Origin: Penicillus capitatus
Lineage: Eukaryota; Plantae; Chlorophyta
Length of the DNA: 64,000 nt
NCBI GenBank assembly: GCA_965649825.1
Contig: OZ287700.1
Location: forward strand, 992,001 to 1,056,000
Direction: 5' to 3'
Shown here: positions 60,998 through 64,000 of the stretch, one piece after another
Position numbering within the stretch: the stretch's first letter is position 1
How the letters are laid out: every line of letters starts with the position of its first letter
Translations under genes and position numbers: made by a program
Notes under the pieces: generated by a model
The model's database searches: none
Told to the model about the DNA's origin: nothing
What the model saw: only the letters and a program-made list of their open reading frames with translations

Positions 60998-63713
60998 TCA
61001 AGGTTTTTTGGTTTCTGCCATGGCCATCGAAGTGGCTGAGGCGATGGCAGTTTCTGAGGCATTGGGAAGGTAATAGTATTTTCCGTTAGCTGCGTTCGCG
61101 ATCTCCTCTGCGAAACCGGTCGATACGAATTTGTTCTCGGTGTCGATGACTAACAGCTGTATTCCGGAGACGAAGATCTGCTTCGCCATGTCTTTGACTT
61201 CGGCCTGAAACCACTCCATTCAATAGCGCGTGCGCATCCAATACTCCTCATCTACTTTGAGTTCATCCTGTGTGGCCTTGGGTGCATCGGGATCCATTGC
61301 TTCGGGATCTTCATTCGATCTCGCAAGGCTGATATTCGCACGGCCATCCGTGATCAGTACCATCACGATGCGTCCGATGCTTCCCTGCTGCTGCTGATTG
61401 AGTGCCACCCGGATGGCAGTGGACAGTCCATGTGCCAATGGAGAACCGCCGCCACAAGGCAAAGCATCCAACCGGCTCCTAGCCATAGCAACAGACTTCG
61501 ACGGAGGCAACAGCACATCCGCTTTGTCACCGAAGAAAGGGATCAGACAGATCTATGATGTGACAGTCGCGAACATCAACGAGGCATGCGATCGGAGGCA
61601 TACATACCATGTCACGAGAAGTGTAGGATTCTGTCAGGATGCGCATGGCTGCTCCTTTTGCTGAGCTCATTCGGTTCAGTGCCATCGACCCTGATGCATC
61701 GACGACAAAGATGACCAGGGCACCTGCCTTCCTTGCAAGGCGTTTCGATCGCATGTCTGTCTTTTCAATATAGACCCGTTTCTCTCTTTTCTGTTCCTTC
61801 TTTGCCCGTTCGCGTCGCATCTTCTGATAAGGTGCTGCAGCTCGTAGTGTGGCATCCACTGCCAGGCGTCTCACGCGATCGCCTTTGGGGAACATAGGTT
61901 TGATGTAACGACCCCTCTCTTCGGAAAAGATCAGCATCTTGGATCGACCCGCCTTTCCTTGGGCACGTTGCTGCGACTGCGCAAACATCAACAGATTAGG
62001 ATCCAGTAAAACGCCCTCTGAATTGAACACAAATTCTTCAGGGATCTGCAGCGAATGCTGTCGATGGAAAGACGTCTATGGACGGATCGACCTGTTGTGG
62101 ACTCTCTTCTGGTTGATCTTCATCGTTATCCTCTGGCTCATCTTCCTTCTCTTCATCCTCCGGCTGTTCTGAACTTGGCGGCGGCGGCGGAGGCGGCGGA
62201 GGCGGTGGCTGGTTCTCATCTTGTGGCGGCTGGTCGAGTAGAATGGCTCGAGGCAAGATGACCAATCGGACTGCCAGTTCTAAATCTTCCTTACTCACGG
62301 TGTTTCGCGCCTCGAGTGCTGCAGCCGCCTTTGCCACCTGAAAGAAGCTCATTTGGATCCACGGATTGGATCAAAGCTCTGTCATAACACCCGAACAGCA
62401 AAGATTTCTGAACGGTGTCCTTCGACGAATCCCCTGGCAGCTTCTTCCACCAAATACCCCACCTGGTCTTCTGTGATGCTCACTTCGTTCAAAATTTCAC
62501 GGGCAATCAAAATCTGAACGACTGCCAGTATAGCAAAGAAGTGATAGCTGTTTGGTTGCTGGACCTGTGTTTTCGTGGCTTCGGTGACTTCTTTGGATTC
62601 ATCGATGAGTTCTAGGGGACGGTTCTGAAACAACGTGGCCGTATCGACGGCTTCGATCCTCTGCTCCATCGTCAGATTGACATCGGCACTGATGGTAACG
62701 GCAAATCTGTCCAGCAGATGCTCTCTCAATTTGCCTTCCTCTGGATTGTAAGTCGCAATCAGCAGCGGTCGACACCTGCAAACACCCTTTGCTTAGCACT
62801 CGATCCGTCTACCATATCCTCCAATCTGACGGATGGGACACAGACAGTCCTTCTCGTTCGACTCTGTTCACACCGTCTGACAGAGTACTGAGCAAAAGAT
62901 TGCAGATCCCATCGTCCAGGAGATTGATTTCGTCCACATAGAGGATCCCGCGATGTGCTTCGGCCAATAGCCCTGGCTGGAATACCGTTTTTCCTTGCTT
63001 CATAGACACACCTGCGATGGGACATGGTAAATGCACAGGCTCTCACTGACTTTGACCGATTCTTCGATATCGACGGTTCCTAGCAGGCGATCCTCTGTCA
63101 CGCCTAAGGGGACTTGGACAAAAGGGGCGTCCTTTATGATGGTCGGAATCTTCACTGTGTCTCTGTACTTCTCTCTAAGATCCTCCTGGTAATGGAAGCT
63201 GTGAAGAAGCTGGTGTCGGTGGAGAACGTACCTCCCATGAGCAAGGATCATTTGGATCGGCATTGCACCAACTGCCATTCACTATTTCAATCGGAGGCAG
63301 TAATGCATGTAGGCCTCGGGCCATGATCGATTTAGCCGTTCCCCTTCTTCCAGAGATCGAGATGCCGCCGAGACCGCGATCGACCGCCCCCAACAGCAAT
63401 GCCTGTTTTACCAGATTCTGTGCCACAACAGCAGCCAAGGGGAAAGCGCGTGACAAGTTGCCAGATCGATCTTCCGGTACATATCCGACCTCTTCCTCCT
63501 CCTCTGCTTCCGCCGCCATTTGAGCTACAGACAGAATCTCGAACAACGGCGATGCGGCGAATCCCGACCTCGTTTTCCAACATTCGAAATCGCAGAGGTC
63601 CGTTGACGTGATCGAATGCGTGTGGACAATGAAGGAGGCGCCCGAAGACAGAGCGACGTGCAACAAGGACTTCTGTGCTGGCCAATGAGACGACCGTATG
63701 AAACGCCTTGCAT
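60998..63713 (-). CDS. CHLD: Magnesium-chelatase subunit D, multi-exon
   Basis: [20 protein letters not shown]; [22 protein letters not shown]; REHLLDRF; Pro/acidic linker [23 protein letters not shown]; v[21 protein letters not shown]; [10 protein letters not shown]; ITDGRAN. TGA at 60998-61000. Confidence 0.98.
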
Positions 63714-64000
63714 CTTGCACGGGGCAGATCTGGGATACGATGAAGGGTGATGACATCTTTGATGTGACGTTTCTGCCATCACTGTACCGTCATGAAGAAA
63801 TACGAAAAAGGAGCAGTTCTCGGCGAGGGAACATTCGGAAAGGTCATTCGGGCTACCCACAAAGAGGTCTGTCCGTTTCTATCCATGATAACCGCCGAGA
63901 GCAGCACCCCAGACAAAAGAGGTGGTAGCGATCAAGACGTTCCGAGTGGGCGAGAGCAAAGAAGTGATGTGACAGCTGCTCGAAAGCCACAAGCCATGGT

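Noticed and set aside
1-64000. Non-canonical genetic code (TAA/TAG = Gln, as in some ulvophytes)
   Set aside because: Conserved genes end at TAG (Janus, trpG) and TAA (receptor 2) at the expected C-termini, and long exons contain no in-frame TAR.

Overview
Eukaryotic, photosynthetic, compact nuclear DNA, most likely a chlorophyte green alga (inference from CHLD, transit-peptide-like leaders and GT-AG introns of only about 46-56 nt). The standard genetic code fits: TAA, TAG and TGA all end genes. The window has three zones. (1) A segmental duplication of at least 14 kb (1-~13985 and 35302-~49705, about 90% identical by eye). It carries a decayed transcribed region with two structured ~550-600 nt intron-like elements per copy, a coiled-coil gene, a NudC-type NADH pyrophosphatase fused to a Janus/PHPT1 phosphohistidine-phosphatase domain, and an acidic-stalk membrane protein that is intact in copy B and pseudogenised in copy A. 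(2) A unique accessory block (14-35 kb) with a tRNA-like Pol III A/B-box element, a triple-MATH gene, two tandem Pmp-repeat beta-helix / Cys-rich / multi-TM receptor-like genes (the first has a 1-nt frameshift), and an A-rich double-hairpin segment. (3) A tightly packed housekeeping block (56-64 kb): YjbQ/UPF0047, mitochondrial DTC carrier, anthranilate synthase beta subunit, a coiled-coil/RING-like protein, and Mg-chelatase CHLD. The strongest novelty candidates are the covarying stem-closed intron-like element (4 copies), the NudC-Janus fusion with a lost Zn ribbon and paralog-specific loss of the leader peptide, and the variable-length Pmp-TM receptors. Exon boundaries, identities and repeat counts were read by eye and are approximate; no database search was run.
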